From Pseudotevenvirus miller (Duplodnaviria; Heunggongvirae; Uroviricota; Caudoviricetes; Straboviridae): a stretch of DNA of 50,894 nucleotides. The notes under the pieces were generated by a model, which had not been told where the DNA came from, did not search any database, and saw only the letters and a program-made list of their open reading frames with translations. Within the stretch, counting starts at the first letter, position 1. Each line of letters starts with the position of its first letter. The stretch lies in IMG/VR virus record IMGVR_UViG_2706796139_000001, positions 1-50,894 of that record; one strand, 5' to 3'. This document shows positions 17,649 to 27,586 of this stretch, piece by piece. The translations under genes and the position numbers were made by a program.

Positions 17649-18181
17649 TAGTAGTTGTTAGCCCAACGACGCAGGTTTTCAGCCTGTTTCAGAGCATACA
17701 GCTTATAGATGGTTTCCGCATCCAGCCCCAGCGCGAGGAACTTGCACATGAAGAAATGCCACTGGTCGATCAGTTCGAACAGGATTTCCAGTTTATCTTC
17801 TTCGCTCATTTCCGCGAATACCTGGTTACGCAGTTCCTGATGATTTGCTTTCCACGGTTTCCAGACACCAGAAGCCGCTTTTGAACCGCGTGACATACCG
17901 CCCAGAGCGGTGTAAAGTTCGCGGGTCTCGTCTGCGATCGCATCATCTTGCAGTTTCAACCAGTCCAGGATCTCACCGCACGTTTTCAGTTCGTTCGGAC
18001 GTGGAACCCAATTCAGGGTATCAGACAGGCTTTGCTGTGCATGATCTTGCAAATCCAGCATCTTTTGCAGCGGGTCGATGCCGTTCTGTAATGCGTTGCG
18101 GTAGAAACCTTCTACCATTTCCAGATCAGCAGGGTTTACCAGGTGCGCACAGCTATTAAAAACAGGAGTTTTATCAGTCAT
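17648..18181 (-). CDS. 56: gp56-family dCTP/dUTP pyrophosphatase
   Basis: FNSCAHL, DETRELYTALGGMS, WKPWK, ELIDQWHF, KQAENLRRW; synteny with gene 61. Confidence 0.88.
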   Translation of the reverse strand: MTDKTPVFNSCAHLVNPADLEMVEGFYRNALQNGIDPLQKMLDLQDHAQQSLSDTLNWVPRPNELKTCGEILDWLKLQDDAIADETRELYTALGGMSRGSKAASGVWKPWKANHQELRNQVFAEMSEEDKLEILFELIDQWHFFMCKFLALGLDAETIYKLYALKQAENLRRWANNY

Positions 18182-18188
18182 ATCAATC

Positions 18189-19214
18189 TCATTTTTTCGG
18201 TGATTTGTCCCACGCCTTAAACCGTAGTTTGGCTGTGAGTCCATGAACAGTATTATCTTTCAAATACTGCATAATTTCGGCTTTGGTTGCTCCGTCAGTT
18301 TTTATCATTTCGTTGATATCTTTTGACGACCACGGGCTATTATCCCACATCACAACCTTTTCGCCAGCTTCAATAAGTTTCAAAAGGCGTGTAGTAGTAT
18401 CAGGGTGACGGGCTTCATTGTCAAGCACCCAAACACGCATATTTTTATAGGGAACCTCAGACAGTGCTAATTGTCCACCAGTGATCGCACCAGCATTATC
18501 AACAAACAAGCTATCCAATGGTCCTTCAAGGAAGTAAACAGTTTTCAACGGATCGATGGTATCTTGACCATATATTTTCGTTGACTGTTCACATGCTTTG
18601 ATAGTCATGTATTTTGATGCTGCATTGTCACGCAAAGCACGTCCCTGGAATGATTCAATTTTACCTTTGTTGTCGAAGATAGGAATCACTAAACGCGGTT
18701 CGTCCTTCGGTAATGGGTATGAATCTGGGTTGACAGAATTAACCAGGTGTTGCCATTGACGCGTAAACCAGAGGCGATCATATTTGTCTTTAGGTATGTG
18801 ACGACCTGCAACATACTTAACGATAGGATGATTTTCTGGTAGTGTGTCCAGACGTTCACAGAACTGCAATTCAGGAATGTATTTCTTTTCTTCCTTCGGC
18901 GGTTCTGTATGTGTTGTTTTGGTTTGTTTGCGATCCTTGAACGATTCCATAAGATAATCCCTGTAATCGTCAGGGTAATAATCTTTAAGGAACACAGTAA
19001 ACGGTCGGTTATACCCACAGTTAAAACAACCACAGTTCATGTGATCGCCTTTCTTCGACGGATAGATCCAGAAACGTTTTTTGTGTTTGTCTTTCATGGA
19101 GTCGCCACAAATCGGACAACGGGAATGGATGCTCAATGCACCACCCCGTCGAACGATTTCACTTTGTGGTAATGATCCCATGATACGAGTCGCAAACTCA
19201 ATATCAAGATACAT
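18189..19214 (-). CDS. 61: DNA primase
   Basis: Zn finger CPICGDS..CFNC; TOPRIM LEGPLDSLF, VLDNE, SKDINEM. Confidence 0.95.
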   Translation of the reverse strand: MYLDIEFATRIMGSLPQSEIVRRGGALSIHSRCPICGDSMKDKHKKRFWIYPSKKGDHMNCGCFNCGYNRPFTVFLKDYYPDDYRDYLMESFKDRKQTKTTHTEPPKEEKKYIPELQFCERLDTLPENHPIVKYVAGRHIPKDKYDRLWFTRQWQHLVNSVNPDSYPLPKDEPRLVIPIFDNKGKIESFQGRALRDNAASKYMTIKACEQSTKIYGQDTIDPLKTVYFLEGPLDSLFVDNAGAITGGQLALSEVPYKNMRVWVLDNEARHPDTTTRLLKLIEAGEKVVMWDNSPWSSKDINEMIKTDGATKAEIMQYLKDNTVHGLTAKLRFKAWDKSPKK

Positions 19215-19216
19215 TT

Positions 19217-19384
19217 TTACCTCTTTATACCGATTTTAGTAGCTCTTGCTTCGAGCAATCGATCAAGATATGATTTAGCCGCTCCCATATTCGGATGTCT
19301 ATTGACAAAATCGCGAGCATTTACAATTCTTTCTTCGATTCGTTTTAGAGGAAGTTTAACAAACTCATTCGGTTGTTTCAACAT
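19217..19384 (-). CDS. 55-aa hypothetical protein absent from the ORF track
   Basis: MLKQPNEFVKLPLKRIEERIVNARDFVNRHPNMGAAKSYLDRLLEARATKIGIKR*; fills the 61.1-61 gap and its 3' end contains the primase SD. Confidence 0.55.
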   Translation of the reverse strand: MLKQPNEFVKLPLKRIEERIVNARDFVNRHPNMGAAKSYLDRLLEARATKIGIKR

Positions 19385-19865
19385 CTTTCATAATTTTCCG
19401 TTTACGTTTGTACGGACGAGTAGAACCCAGAACCTTTGGCCCTTTGTTCGTGATCGCGCCTGTAGTCACACCAGAAGCGATATTTTCTACGCTACCGCCT
19501 GAATCACCCGCGACCATTTCCTCGTTCATGATTTGACGCATTTCCGGTACGTTCATCATAATCAGTTCATGGTCGACTTCCGTCAGATTATAACGACTAC
19601 GCAACGAATCGTACATACTCGTTAAGTTCATGAATCCAGACATATAAGGAACCGCGTTTAAACGGCGCTTGATGTGTCTTACAGAGCGATGGAATGGGGA
19701 ATATGCTTCCTGTTCTTCCTTCGTCTTAGGGTTCTTGATTACTTCCCCTTGACCGTCCAGAATACCCAGCTTGTATGCTGTCCATTCAGTCCAGGGCTTT
19801 TTCAGTAGGCGAATCATTCGCACACTGTAAGTTAAATCCATGTTTTTTACTAATTGGTCGCTCAT
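19365..19865 (-). CDS. Conserved T4-like protein (gp61.1 type)
   Basis: IRLLKKPWTEWTAYKLGILDGQG motif; synteny. Confidence 0.7.
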   Translation of the reverse strand: MSDQLVKNMDLTYSVRMIRLLKKPWTEWTAYKLGILDGQGEVIKNPKTKEEQEAYSPFHRSVRHIKRRLNAVPYMSGFMNLTSMYDSLRSRYNLTEVDHELIMMNVPEMRQIMNEEMVAGDSGGSVENIASGVTTGAITNKGPKVLGSTRPYKRKRKIMKDVETTE

Positions 19866-19870
19866 AGTCT

Positions 19871-20650
19871 TTACTCTATTGTGAAAGTGAAAAGGTTTTG
19901 TGCGGGTTCTGGTTCGTTGAATTCCATACAGACAACTTCACACAAAGGCTTAACGCCTTTCCAATCCTCCAGATAGTACGATGTATCGACTCCGCATCCT
20001 GGGTGCATTTCAAGGCCAGTTTCATCAAGAAACTTTTTACATTTTGATGACGTTGTTGATTCGTTCTGCTGGAAGTATTGAGCACCAGAATAACGAAAGT
20101 TAGCCGACATTTGAGGAATAATGAACGTACCTGCACGAGCAATCTGTGACGCACGTTCAATAACCTTATATTCAAATTCTGCCCCAGTATACTTACCCTT
20201 AAAATCGGATGTCTTTATCTTCCCGAAAGGTGGATTGCTGATCGCCATATCAAACAGAGTATCAAACTCAGTCGTTAACGCGTCTGCATTAATCCAGGTC
20301 GCTTCCGGTACGATACGCTTACCCAACTTATAGTATGTATGGTTCAACTCAACACAGACGATTTCACGCGGTTTTGCGTACATCATCATATGAATCATCG
20401 CGAAGGATAGCCCACCGATACCAGCACAGAGATCAACAACACTTCCGCTTGTGCAAGCATCGATCGTGAAATCGCGAGCAAGCCCGATCGGGGTAAAGAA
20501 TGCCCCTAACTCAGAATTATTCGTAAAAGCACCTTCATGGAAGTTCTCAGTAATGAATAACTTCTCTTCATAGGTTAGTGCTTTGTCAGACTCCACCAGA
20601 TCCATTATCTGATTGTGTTTCTTCGTTTCCGCTTTTGTTAACTTCGCCAT
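19871..20650 (-). CDS. Orphan DNA amino-methyltransferase (m6A or m4C)
   Basis: GAFFTP, motif I DLCAGIG, then motif IV NPPF. Confidence 0.85.
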   Translation of the reverse strand: MAKLTKAETKKHNQIMDLVESDKALTYEEKLFITENFHEGAFTNNSELGAFFTPIGLARDFTIDACTSGSVVDLCAGIGGLSFAMIHMMMYAKPREIVCVELNHTYYKLGKRIVPEATWINADALTTEFDTLFDMAISNPPFGKIKTSDFKGKYTGAEFEYKVIERASQIARAGTFIIPQMSANFRYSGAQYFQQNESTTSSKCKKFLDETGLEMHPGCGVDTSYYLEDWKGVKPLCEVVCMEFNEPEPAQNLFTFTIE

Positions 20651-20978
20651 TGTCCCAACTATACAATAATGTTGATTCGTTTGGATAGAATTCCCACCCG
20701 TCTACATATCCTGTTTCCCAGTCAGTAGTTTGGTCAAAACCACAGATCCATTCATACACACCAGGCGGCATGTCAACGGAATCAGGAAGCCCGATATCTT
20801 CCGCACTGCGTCCACATTCAAAGAATGAATCATGTATGTTTGGTCGAGATAATACCGTAACGTAACCTTCGTCGTCAATAGCCACAATCCATTTTGAACT
20901 GTGAGGACTATCGAAAACTGGTTCTTCTGCATCAGGGATTGCTTGCATTTCCGCGTTTCCCCAGTCAAAATTGTTCAT
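20586..20978 (-). CDS. Acidic hypothetical protein
   Basis: Co-oriented; 3' end overlaps the methyltransferase by 65 nt. Confidence 0.6.
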   Translation of the reverse strand: MNNFDWGNAEMQAIPDAEEPVFDSPHSSKWIVAIDDEGYVTVLSRPNIHDSFFECGRSAEDIGLPDSVDMPPGVYEWICGFDQTTDWETGYVDGWEFYPNESTLLYSWDNGEVNKSGNEETQSDNGSGGV

Positions 20979-21205
20979 TTCACTAAACCCTCTTTCAAAC
21001 CTTCTTTGATTGCTTTAAGAACACCAATGAACGCATCTTTACCGCCCATAGCACCGATGATAATCATAAGCCCCATTACAAACCCTGCTGCTGCGATCCT
21101 GAAAAGGTTCCATGCAAACGGGATAGCCATTAAAACCAACCACGGGAACGGGAATCCCATCAGCGCGTTCAGAACAAGTAAGATAAAAGCGATTGCAAGT
21201 TTCAT
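20975..21205 (-). CDS. Membrane protein
   Basis: Strongly hydrophobic; SD GGAGG. Confidence 0.65.
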   Translation of the reverse strand: MKLAIAFILLVLNALMGFPFPWLVLMAIPFAWNLFRIAAAGFVMGLMIIIGAMGGKDAFIGVLKAIKEGLKEGLVK

Positions 21206-21229
21206 GATGTCCTCCTTTTGTTTAATATA

Positions 21230-21293
21230 AGGTATCACTTTTCACAGGCGATTGCAATACCTACAGATACAAAAAAGCCCCGAAAGGGGCTTT
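21230..21293 (-). promoter_or_regulatory. Terminator followed by an early promoter
   Basis: aaagcccc-tttc-ggggctttttt, then TTGCAA-17-TACCTT. Confidence 0.6.
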
Positions 21294-21297
21294 AATT

Positions 21298-21555
21298 TTA
21301 TGCTTTATTGATAAGATACCGTAGAACGTTTTTCGCCTGAACTTCGTTGCAGCAGAGTTTGAAATCTGGGTCGATTGGAAGGAAGCTCCAGAGAAATTCA
21401 ACACTTCCTTCGACATCAGCTTTAGCGCTTTTCAGCATTTCAACCAACAAACCTCTGTTTACTACGCTGTTCACTACTGCATCGAAATAACCGCTGCTGA
21501 AATCCAGATTAGGATTCATCACTTCATCGTATGGGTTGTTCAGTAATGCGTTCAT
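21298..21555 (-). CDS. Hypothetical protein
   Basis: SD AGGAG; has its own promoter. Confidence 0.7.
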   Translation of the reverse strand: MNALLNNPYDEVMNPNLDFSSGYFDAVVNSVVNRGLLVEMLKSAKADVEGSVEFLWSFLPIDPDFKLCCNEVQAKNVLRYLINKA

Positions 21556-21581
21556 GTGTATCTCCTTTTAATCTTTCGTTG

Positions 21582-21620
21582 TCTACGGGAGTCATATTAT
21601 CATACTGACTACCCGTGTCA
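21582..21620 (-). promoter_or_regulatory. Promoter with its -10 in a hairpin loop
   Basis: TTGACA-16-TAATAT with extended TG; acgggtagtca...tgactcccgt flanks the -10. Confidence 0.6.
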
Positions 21621-21633
21621 ACAACTTTTTAGA

Positions 21634-21840
21634 TTATCGGGAATTTTTTGCGATCCATCGCGTTAAAGCAGGGAAGATACCCGCAACAGTAATCAGCACG
21701 AACACCCATGCTGCAAATTTAATCACCGCCAGCAGAATGAGCGGAGAGAATACCAACCACCAGGACGCGGTAGCCATAAGCCCAACTTGAGCGAGTTTCA
21801 AACACAACATGATCAGGAAGATGATAGTTAAAGTTTTCAT
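21634..21840 (-). CDS. Small membrane protein
   Basis: Hydrophobic, with a WWLVFSPL motif common in phage membrane ORFs. Confidence 0.65.
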   Translation of the reverse strand: MKTLTIIFLIMLCLKLAQVGLMATASWWLVFSPLILLAVIKFAAWVFVLITVAGIFPALTRWIAKNSR

Positions 21841-21869
21841 AGTTTACCTTTAAGGGGGCTTTCGCCCCG

Positions 21870-23306
21870 TTAGAATTCAATGTTCATAGATTTTGCGGCT
21901 TCGGCTAACTTACTTCTGTTACCCTCTGCCTGTTTTACCATAGCGCCTTGTGCTTCTTCAACTGTTTTCGGCATCTGACGACCTTTATAATCAGATTTAA
22001 AGCCGATATCGCTGTTATCTGTATCCATCCAGCGCTGATTTCCTTTGCGAACTTCAAGTTTGAAATGGTTGAAATGATTCTTATCACCATAACGAGACTT
22101 GATTTGCTTAAACATTTGCAAGCCCTGTTCGGCTAGTTCATCCGTTTCAATCACCGCTAACATGAAGTCGGCAGTAGCTGGCAAGCCAGCAGATTCCGCA
22201 ACATCACCCATGCTAATATCAGAAGCGTCCCACGCGTTACGAGTGGTTTGCGCACCTGTCCACATCACAGCATTAGTTTCTACAGCCAAACCACGAAGTT
22301 CTTCGGCAATCGCTTTAACTAAAATGTAAGTGTTCTCAGCACCACGCACACGGGTTGATGCACAGATCCCCAGGTAATCGACAATAATAACATCAGGAAC
22401 AAAGTTCTTCTTCAATTTAAGCTCTTTAATAAGCGCTTTGAAGTGGTTTGCGTTTGCCCCTGCTGTTGGGTATTGCTTGACGATTAAACGCCCGACCTTG
22501 CTTTGTTTAAGGCGTTCCATGCGGTTTTTATAATCCGCGTACTGTATATTACCGTTATCGATATCGTCCATCGACACATCAAGAAGGTTAGCATCAATAC
22601 GTTTAGAACAAACGTGTTCAGCCATTTCCATACTGATATAGAGAACGTTTTTACCCGATTGCAGATAATCAGCAGCAAGAGAACAAAGCCCCAGCGATTT
22701 ACCAACGTTAACACCAGCCATAAGGATGTTCAATGTTCCTCGTTCCGCACCGCCTTTTGTAATGGCGTTCAGGATCGGGATATTGAACGGGATTTTCATC
22801 GCCTTAGACTGATAAAGCATCCAGCGCTTTTCGTAGTCTTCGAAGTAATCATGACCGACCGAACTATCGAAGCTAATCGCCAACGCCTCAGCCATGATAT
22901 CAGGGATCGCCCCAACGTCAGGGATTTTATTGTTGCGTTCACCAGCAGGTTTTTCAGCGTTTGCCTGGATCTCGATTGCGCGTGACAAAGCGCGGTACAT
23001 CGCTTTATCTTTGCAATACGTTTCTGTTTCCTTCATCAACCAATCCAAATCTTCCGGCGCATTCTTCATGCTGCGGATCATCTTCTTGGTGTCTTCGTAT
23101 ACTACATCACTCAGGCTCTTTTTCTCAAGCGCAACTTCCAACGCAGTTTGTGAAGGAATGCTGTTGAATTCCTGAACGTGCTTATCCATTAAATCATAAA
23201 GGACTTGCGCGTTACCTTCGAAGTAGTCGCGTTTTAAATGGGGCCATGCCTGAACAAAATACGTTCCGTTAAAAACCAGATTTGAAAATATTGTTTCGAC
23301 GATCAT
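21870..23306 (-). CDS. 41: Replicative DNA helicase
   Basis: AGVNVGKS, YISMEM, IIVDYLGI, ESAGLPATAD, KSRYG. Confidence 0.96.
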   Translation of the reverse strand: MIVETIFSNLVFNGTYFVQAWPHLKRDYFEGNAQVLYDLMDKHVQEFNSIPSQTALEVALEKKSLSDVVYEDTKKMIRSMKNAPEDLDWLMKETETYCKDKAMYRALSRAIEIQANAEKPAGERNNKIPDVGAIPDIMAEALAISFDSSVGHDYFEDYEKRWMLYQSKAMKIPFNIPILNAITKGGAERGTLNILMAGVNVGKSLGLCSLAADYLQSGKNVLYISMEMAEHVCSKRIDANLLDVSMDDIDNGNIQYADYKNRMERLKQSKVGRLIVKQYPTAGANANHFKALIKELKLKKNFVPDVIIVDYLGICASTRVRGAENTYILVKAIAEELRGLAVETNAVMWTGAQTTRNAWDASDISMGDVAESAGLPATADFMLAVIETDELAEQGLQMFKQIKSRYGDKNHFNHFKLEVRKGNQRWMDTDNSDIGFKSDYKGRQMPKTVEEAQGAMVKQAEGNRSKLAEAAKSMNIEF

Positions 23307-23315
23307 TATTACCTC

Positions 23316-23621
23316 TTAAACCAGATTGGCGAACATTTGAAAGAAATTGTACAGCTTTACTTTCAACGCCGCCCATAAGGTCTTTTCAGGCTTTGGGAGA
23401 TTTGGCTTTATTTGTGCATAGATTGCGTCGTGAACCAACGGGATCAATGCTTCTTTATCGTCGTCAGGTGTACTGAATTCAACTTTCAGACCGTTGTCCC
23501 AATAAACCTTATGGATGTACACCAAATGAGGAACATCGTGTTCATCGTTGATCAGCAATTCCTGAATAACATCTTGCATTGCTTCATCAAGAATCTTTTT
23601 TGTTTTCTGTTCAATTTCCAT
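23316..23621 (-). CDS. 40: Head vertex assembly chaperone
   Basis: HLVYIHK, VEFST, LIPLVHDAIYAQI; lies between uvsX and 41. Confidence 0.75.
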   Translation of the reverse strand: MEIEQKTKKILDEAMQDVIQELLINDEHDVPHLVYIHKVYWDNGLKVEFSTPDDDKEALIPLVHDAIYAQIKPNLPKPEKTLWAALKVKLYNFFQMFANLV

Positions 23622-23658
23622 GATTCACCTTATTGGGGGCTTTCGCCCCCGTTGTTTA

Positions 23659-24801
23659 TTACTCTTCAATATCGATATCATCAGGGATATCGTCATCTAA
23701 ATCAATTTTATTTGATTCAGGTTCATCAGTCGAATAAAGATCTTCAAGTGCTGCACCGTCCGTGATTTCCTTATCTGGAATACGGTACTTATCCTGAATT
23801 GCATCGAGGAAAGGTTGATGTGTAAACAGAGGTCGCCAGAACTCGATAGAATTGGTTTCTGATTCACGCCATTTCTTTTCTTCAAGTTCCAGTTCACCCG
23901 TTTCAGTGTTCAGGAACGCACGACCGCGCCAACCTTTTGTTGGAGTCTGAACAAAGTTCATTTCCATCGCAAGATCCAGAAGACCAGAATACATACTGAT
24001 ACCGCCCTCATAGGTAACATGCAGCGGGAATTTTGATTTTTCTTTCACGAAACGAGATTTCTCGATATTCATGATGAAGTCATACCCGACCACTTCGGTT
24101 CCCTCTTTCACCTGCTGTTTACCCAAAATGATCGCGGTGTCTGCTGAATACATCAGACCAGTACCACCAGAAATGACCTTCTTACTGTACATTTCCTGTG
24201 TATCGTAGGTGTGACAGATACAGACCATCGGAATATCCAGATCAGCTAGGTAAGGCGTTACCATACGGAACATACCTTTAAGGGCTTTAGCTCGCGTCAT
24301 ATCCTGCTTATCGTTGTCTGAAAGCGCATCAGCCAGTTCTTTTTTACTTGCTGTGTTGCCTACTGAGTCAACGAAGATAATTACCTTATCACCGCGTTCA
24401 AGAGCGTCAAGCTGGCTTACAACATCGTTTCGCAGTTGTTCAACAGTAGTGATACGAGTATACACCACACGGTCAGGATCAACGCCCATTGATTTCAGGT
24501 AAGACTGTGTTACGCCTTTTTCTGAATCGTAGAACAAACAGACCGCATCCTCATTAGCTTTGAGGTACGCAGAAACCGTCACCAAACCCAGATTCGATTT
24601 AAAGTGTTTTGACGGGCCAGCAAACAGAGTCAAGCCGGAAGTCAGACCACCATCGAACGCACCAGAAAGAGCGAGGTTGAGGATCGGCACACGAGTACGA
24701 GTTTTGGTAATGTTATTGAAAACATCGCTTTCAGATAAAATTGCAGCAGATTGGCTATTCGAGTTTTTAATCAGTTTTTTCAGTAGTGCTTTATTTGACA
24801 T
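23659..24801 (-). CDS. uvsX: RecA-like recombinase
   Basis: GPSKHFKS, FYDSE, FVDSVGN, SGGTGLMYSAD. Confidence 0.96.
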   Translation of the reverse strand: MSNKALLKKLIKNSNSQSAAILSESDVFNNITKTRTRVPILNLALSGAFDGGLTSGLTLFAGPSKHFKSNLGLVTVSAYLKANEDAVCLFYDSEKGVTQSYLKSMGVDPDRVVYTRITTVEQLRNDVVSQLDALERGDKVIIFVDSVGNTASKKELADALSDNDKQDMTRAKALKGMFRMVTPYLADLDIPMVCICHTYDTQEMYSKKVISGGTGLMYSADTAIILGKQQVKEGTEVVGYDFIMNIEKSRFVKEKSKFPLHVTYEGGISMYSGLLDLAMEMNFVQTPTKGWRGRAFLNTETGELELEEKKWRESETNSIEFWRPLFTHQPFLDAIQDKYRIPDKEITDGAALEDLYSTDEPESNKIDLDDDIPDDIDIEE

Positions 24802-24852
24802 TTATTTTTCCGGTTTATATACACGCATAATATAATCCTCACAAGTTTATAT

Positions 24853-24872
24853 AAAAGGGGCATTTCTGCCCC
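24853..24872 (-). terminator. Terminator after gene 43
   Basis: ggggc-agaaat-gcccc-tttt on the minus strand. Confidence 0.6.
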
Positions 24873-24880
24873 ATCAGGTC

Positions 24881-27586
24881 TTACCAGTCATCACCAAACA
24901 ATGTGTTCAGGGATGCGCGTTTTTCGTAGTCAATTTTACATGCTTCCGTGATGTTTTTCAACGGACTAATCACATGTTTTTCAAATAATCCGTTGTAGTC
25001 TACCCATTTGAGAATATCACTTTCAATCTCATTTGGTAAACGACTACCGGATTGCCATGCAATGCAATCGGCTTGCCACGGGTTTTTATCACGTAAAGGC
25101 AGAACCATAACCTTTTCACCTTCCATAATCTGCGTGATTCCTTGAATCCCGCGAGTAAGACGGTTGAAGAACAGAACGCCTTTAATGTGGTTCGGAGTTC
25201 CTTTAATTGGATGTCCCGTACCATCATTGTATTTCGTGATATTATTAGCAGATGATACACCAGCAATCTCTCGATAGTCAAGCGCCTTATACTCTTCTTC
25301 AAACACTTTGAAAGATTCGTGTAATGACTCTTCACCTTCTTGCAGAATGCGACGGATCGCTTCCTTCAAGAATACTTTAACTGCTGTTGGTGTACTGCTT
25401 CGCTGGGTTTCCATTCCCATGATTTTCAGCTTAGGCTTTTCATAGCGGGTTCCTTCGGAGTCCCACACGTTAGCCGCATAGCGTTTTTTCGCAGTCCAGA
25501 AACTACCCAATCCTTTCGATCCCAGAGGTGGCCCAGAAATGATTTCGCGATCCATAAACATCAAGTGTTCGACGTTGTTCATGTACTCGCATAGTTCGCG
25601 ATAGCCCTTATCAATGATAGGTTCCATGCGCTCACGACTGAACTTATCCAGGAAATCAACCCAATGGTTGTTATCTCTGAACTTACTTTCACCGCCCACT
25701 TTCTCGATCACGTTATCCATACACACATAGATTGAATCTGTGTCACAGTAACGCACGTATGCGTAATCGGTAGTGTTGCACAACTGGTTCAGGTATTCGT
25801 TAACTTTACGCTCAATCCACTGAATAGCCAACTGCCCGAACATGGTGATCGCGCTGGCGTTTCGGATATCAAAGTATCTGAAATGCTCGTTACCCAACGC
25901 ACCATAAAGGGAGTTGATACTGATTTTACGGTTAAGCTGTGCGGTGTTGGCCTGTGCGATCTTCTTCTCACAAACTTTCTTCACTGCTTTAAGCATTTGC
26001 TTAGTTAACGTTTTCAGTACCGCTTTCGATTCATCACTGAAATCAGAATAGAAATCGAAATCAGGATCGATCATTTGGTTGTGCGCGTCTGTCAGGTTTT
26101 CGAGTTCATGCTTGATTAATTCAAGATTTCGCTCACCTGCCATCATTCGTTTTTTCCACATCTTACGCTGATCAAATACTTTCTTGATCTCGACGGGGAT
26201 CACGCCTTTAATGTCACGCCTGAACATCCACCCGTTAGGAGAGCAGCTAAATTCATCGCTAGGACGTGGAGCGGTCTTATTGATATATTCATCCAAAGGA
26301 CGCACCGCGAAGCTGTTAGCGATTGTCTCAGGGCTTATATTCACCTGTCTGATGATAGACGGATACAGGCTGGTTAAGTCGAACGATACAATGTATTTGT
26401 ATGGAGCGACAACCGGATCTTTAACATATGCGCCGTCATACGGGGTTTTCGTATGTCGTTTGTTTTCTGGTATCGCAATCTTATCTTCACGCAACGAGTT
26501 GTATATAATAGCGTCCCACGTTTTCAACGGAGACATAACCCCAGGGAAGTTAATTTTTGCGTAGTACGCAACAGACAGAACCAGTTCAATAAAGTTACGC
26601 TTACCGTCGATATCAAGTACGCGAATAACATCAACGATGTTGTACGTGATGTACGTCTGGTGATCCTTCTGACGCAGTTCAGACAGAGAACCTTCGTAAT
26701 CAACTTTGTTTTTGCCTGTTTCGTACTCAGCGATCGCGCCCAGAGAGTAAGACGGTTGCGGGGTGAAACTGAACTTTTTATAAAGATCCATCCCATCCAT
26801 TTGAGACACGCCATAAATTTCGTATCCCAACTGTTCGTTTCCGTACTGGTCTGTTGTCGTCTTCGCTGTTACCTTACCGAACGGGCTAAAATGACGAACC
26901 ACGTTTTGCCCGAAAATGTTCAGGTAACGTGTGATGATGTAAGCGATATCGAATTTGTTCGAGTTCCAACCAGTAACAATTACTGGGGTTCTTTCTTTCC
27001 AATCCTTGATGTATGCAGACATCAAAGATTTTTCAGTCTGGAATGCACGATAAACGATTTTCTTCAAATCCTCTTCGCTGATTTCCTTTTCAGTATCAAC
27101 TTTAGAGGCTACCCATTCATCTAAACCACCTTCAACTAGGTCATACACAAAGAACTTATCTTCAACACTATCATAGTGTGTGATTGCGTCGATTGCGTAT
27201 TTTGCTTCGCGTGGATCGGGGAACTCAGGCGCTGTAACTTCGATATCGAGCGAGGCAATGCGAATACGTTCGCGGTTATATTCGATCTCATTTCGATAGG
27301 TGTCGGAAATGTACGCCAACCTGAAATCGTCCATACCCAGCGCTTCCATACCAACATCTTTCATGCGCTGCATCCAGTTTTTAGCATCCTTGATGCAATC
27401 AAACTTTTTCTTTATGCAGGTTTTGCCATAGATATCTTTATACGGCGAGTCAGTACCCGCCATAGCGTGTTGAAACAACGTAGGTTCATACTTTGTTTTA
27501 CGAACTTGTTCGCGTCCGTCTGCGTCGATGAAGCGCTCATAGATATGATCGCCCATTTGTTCGACTGATAGATAAAATTCATTCAT
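24881..27586 (-). CDS. 43: Family B DNA polymerase
   Basis: Exo DIEV, FDLTSLYPS, KISINSLYG, YCDTDS; one uninterrupted ORF. Confidence 0.97.
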   Translation of the reverse strand: MNEFYLSVEQMGDHIYERFIDADGREQVRKTKYEPTLFQHAMAGTDSPYKDIYGKTCIKKKFDCIKDAKNWMQRMKDVGMEALGMDDFRLAYISDTYRNEIEYNRERIRIASLDIEVTAPEFPDPREAKYAIDAITHYDSVEDKFFVYDLVEGGLDEWVASKVDTEKEISEEDLKKIVYRAFQTEKSLMSAYIKDWKERTPVIVTGWNSNKFDIAYIITRYLNIFGQNVVRHFSPFGKVTAKTTTDQYGNEQLGYEIYGVSQMDGMDLYKKFSFTPQPSYSLGAIAEYETGKNKVDYEGSLSELRQKDHQTYITYNIVDVIRVLDIDGKRNFIELVLSVAYYAKINFPGVMSPLKTWDAIIYNSLREDKIAIPENKRHTKTPYDGAYVKDPVVAPYKYIVSFDLTSLYPSIIRQVNISPETIANSFAVRPLDEYINKTAPRPSDEFSCSPNGWMFRRDIKGVIPVEIKKVFDQRKMWKKRMMAGERNLELIKHELENLTDAHNQMIDPDFDFYSDFSDESKAVLKTLTKQMLKAVKKVCEKKIAQANTAQLNRKISINSLYGALGNEHFRYFDIRNASAITMFGQLAIQWIERKVNEYLNQLCNTTDYAYVRYCDTDSIYVCMDNVIEKVGGESKFRDNNHWVDFLDKFSRERMEPIIDKGYRELCEYMNNVEHLMFMDREIISGPPLGSKGLGSFWTAKKRYAANVWDSEGTRYEKPKLKIMGMETQRSSTPTAVKVFLKEAIRRILQEGEESLHESFKVFEEEYKALDYREIAGVSSANNITKYNDGTGHPIKGTPNHIKGVLFFNRLTRGIQGITQIMEGEKVMVLPLRDKNPWQADCIAWQSGSRLPNEIESDILKWVDYNGLFEKHVISPLKNITEACKIDYEKRASLNTLFGDDW

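Noticed and set aside
24805-24856. Two TATAAAC sequences upstream of uvsX as late promoters
   Set aside because: Neither matches TATAAATA, and the region is AT-rich; too weak to call.
26453-27124. Long antisense ORFs (also 175-687, 7804-8328, 28961-29590, 49103-49687 and many shorter)
   Set aside because: They lie opposite well-conserved core genes, lack SD sequences and recognisable motifs, and are expected from codon bias.
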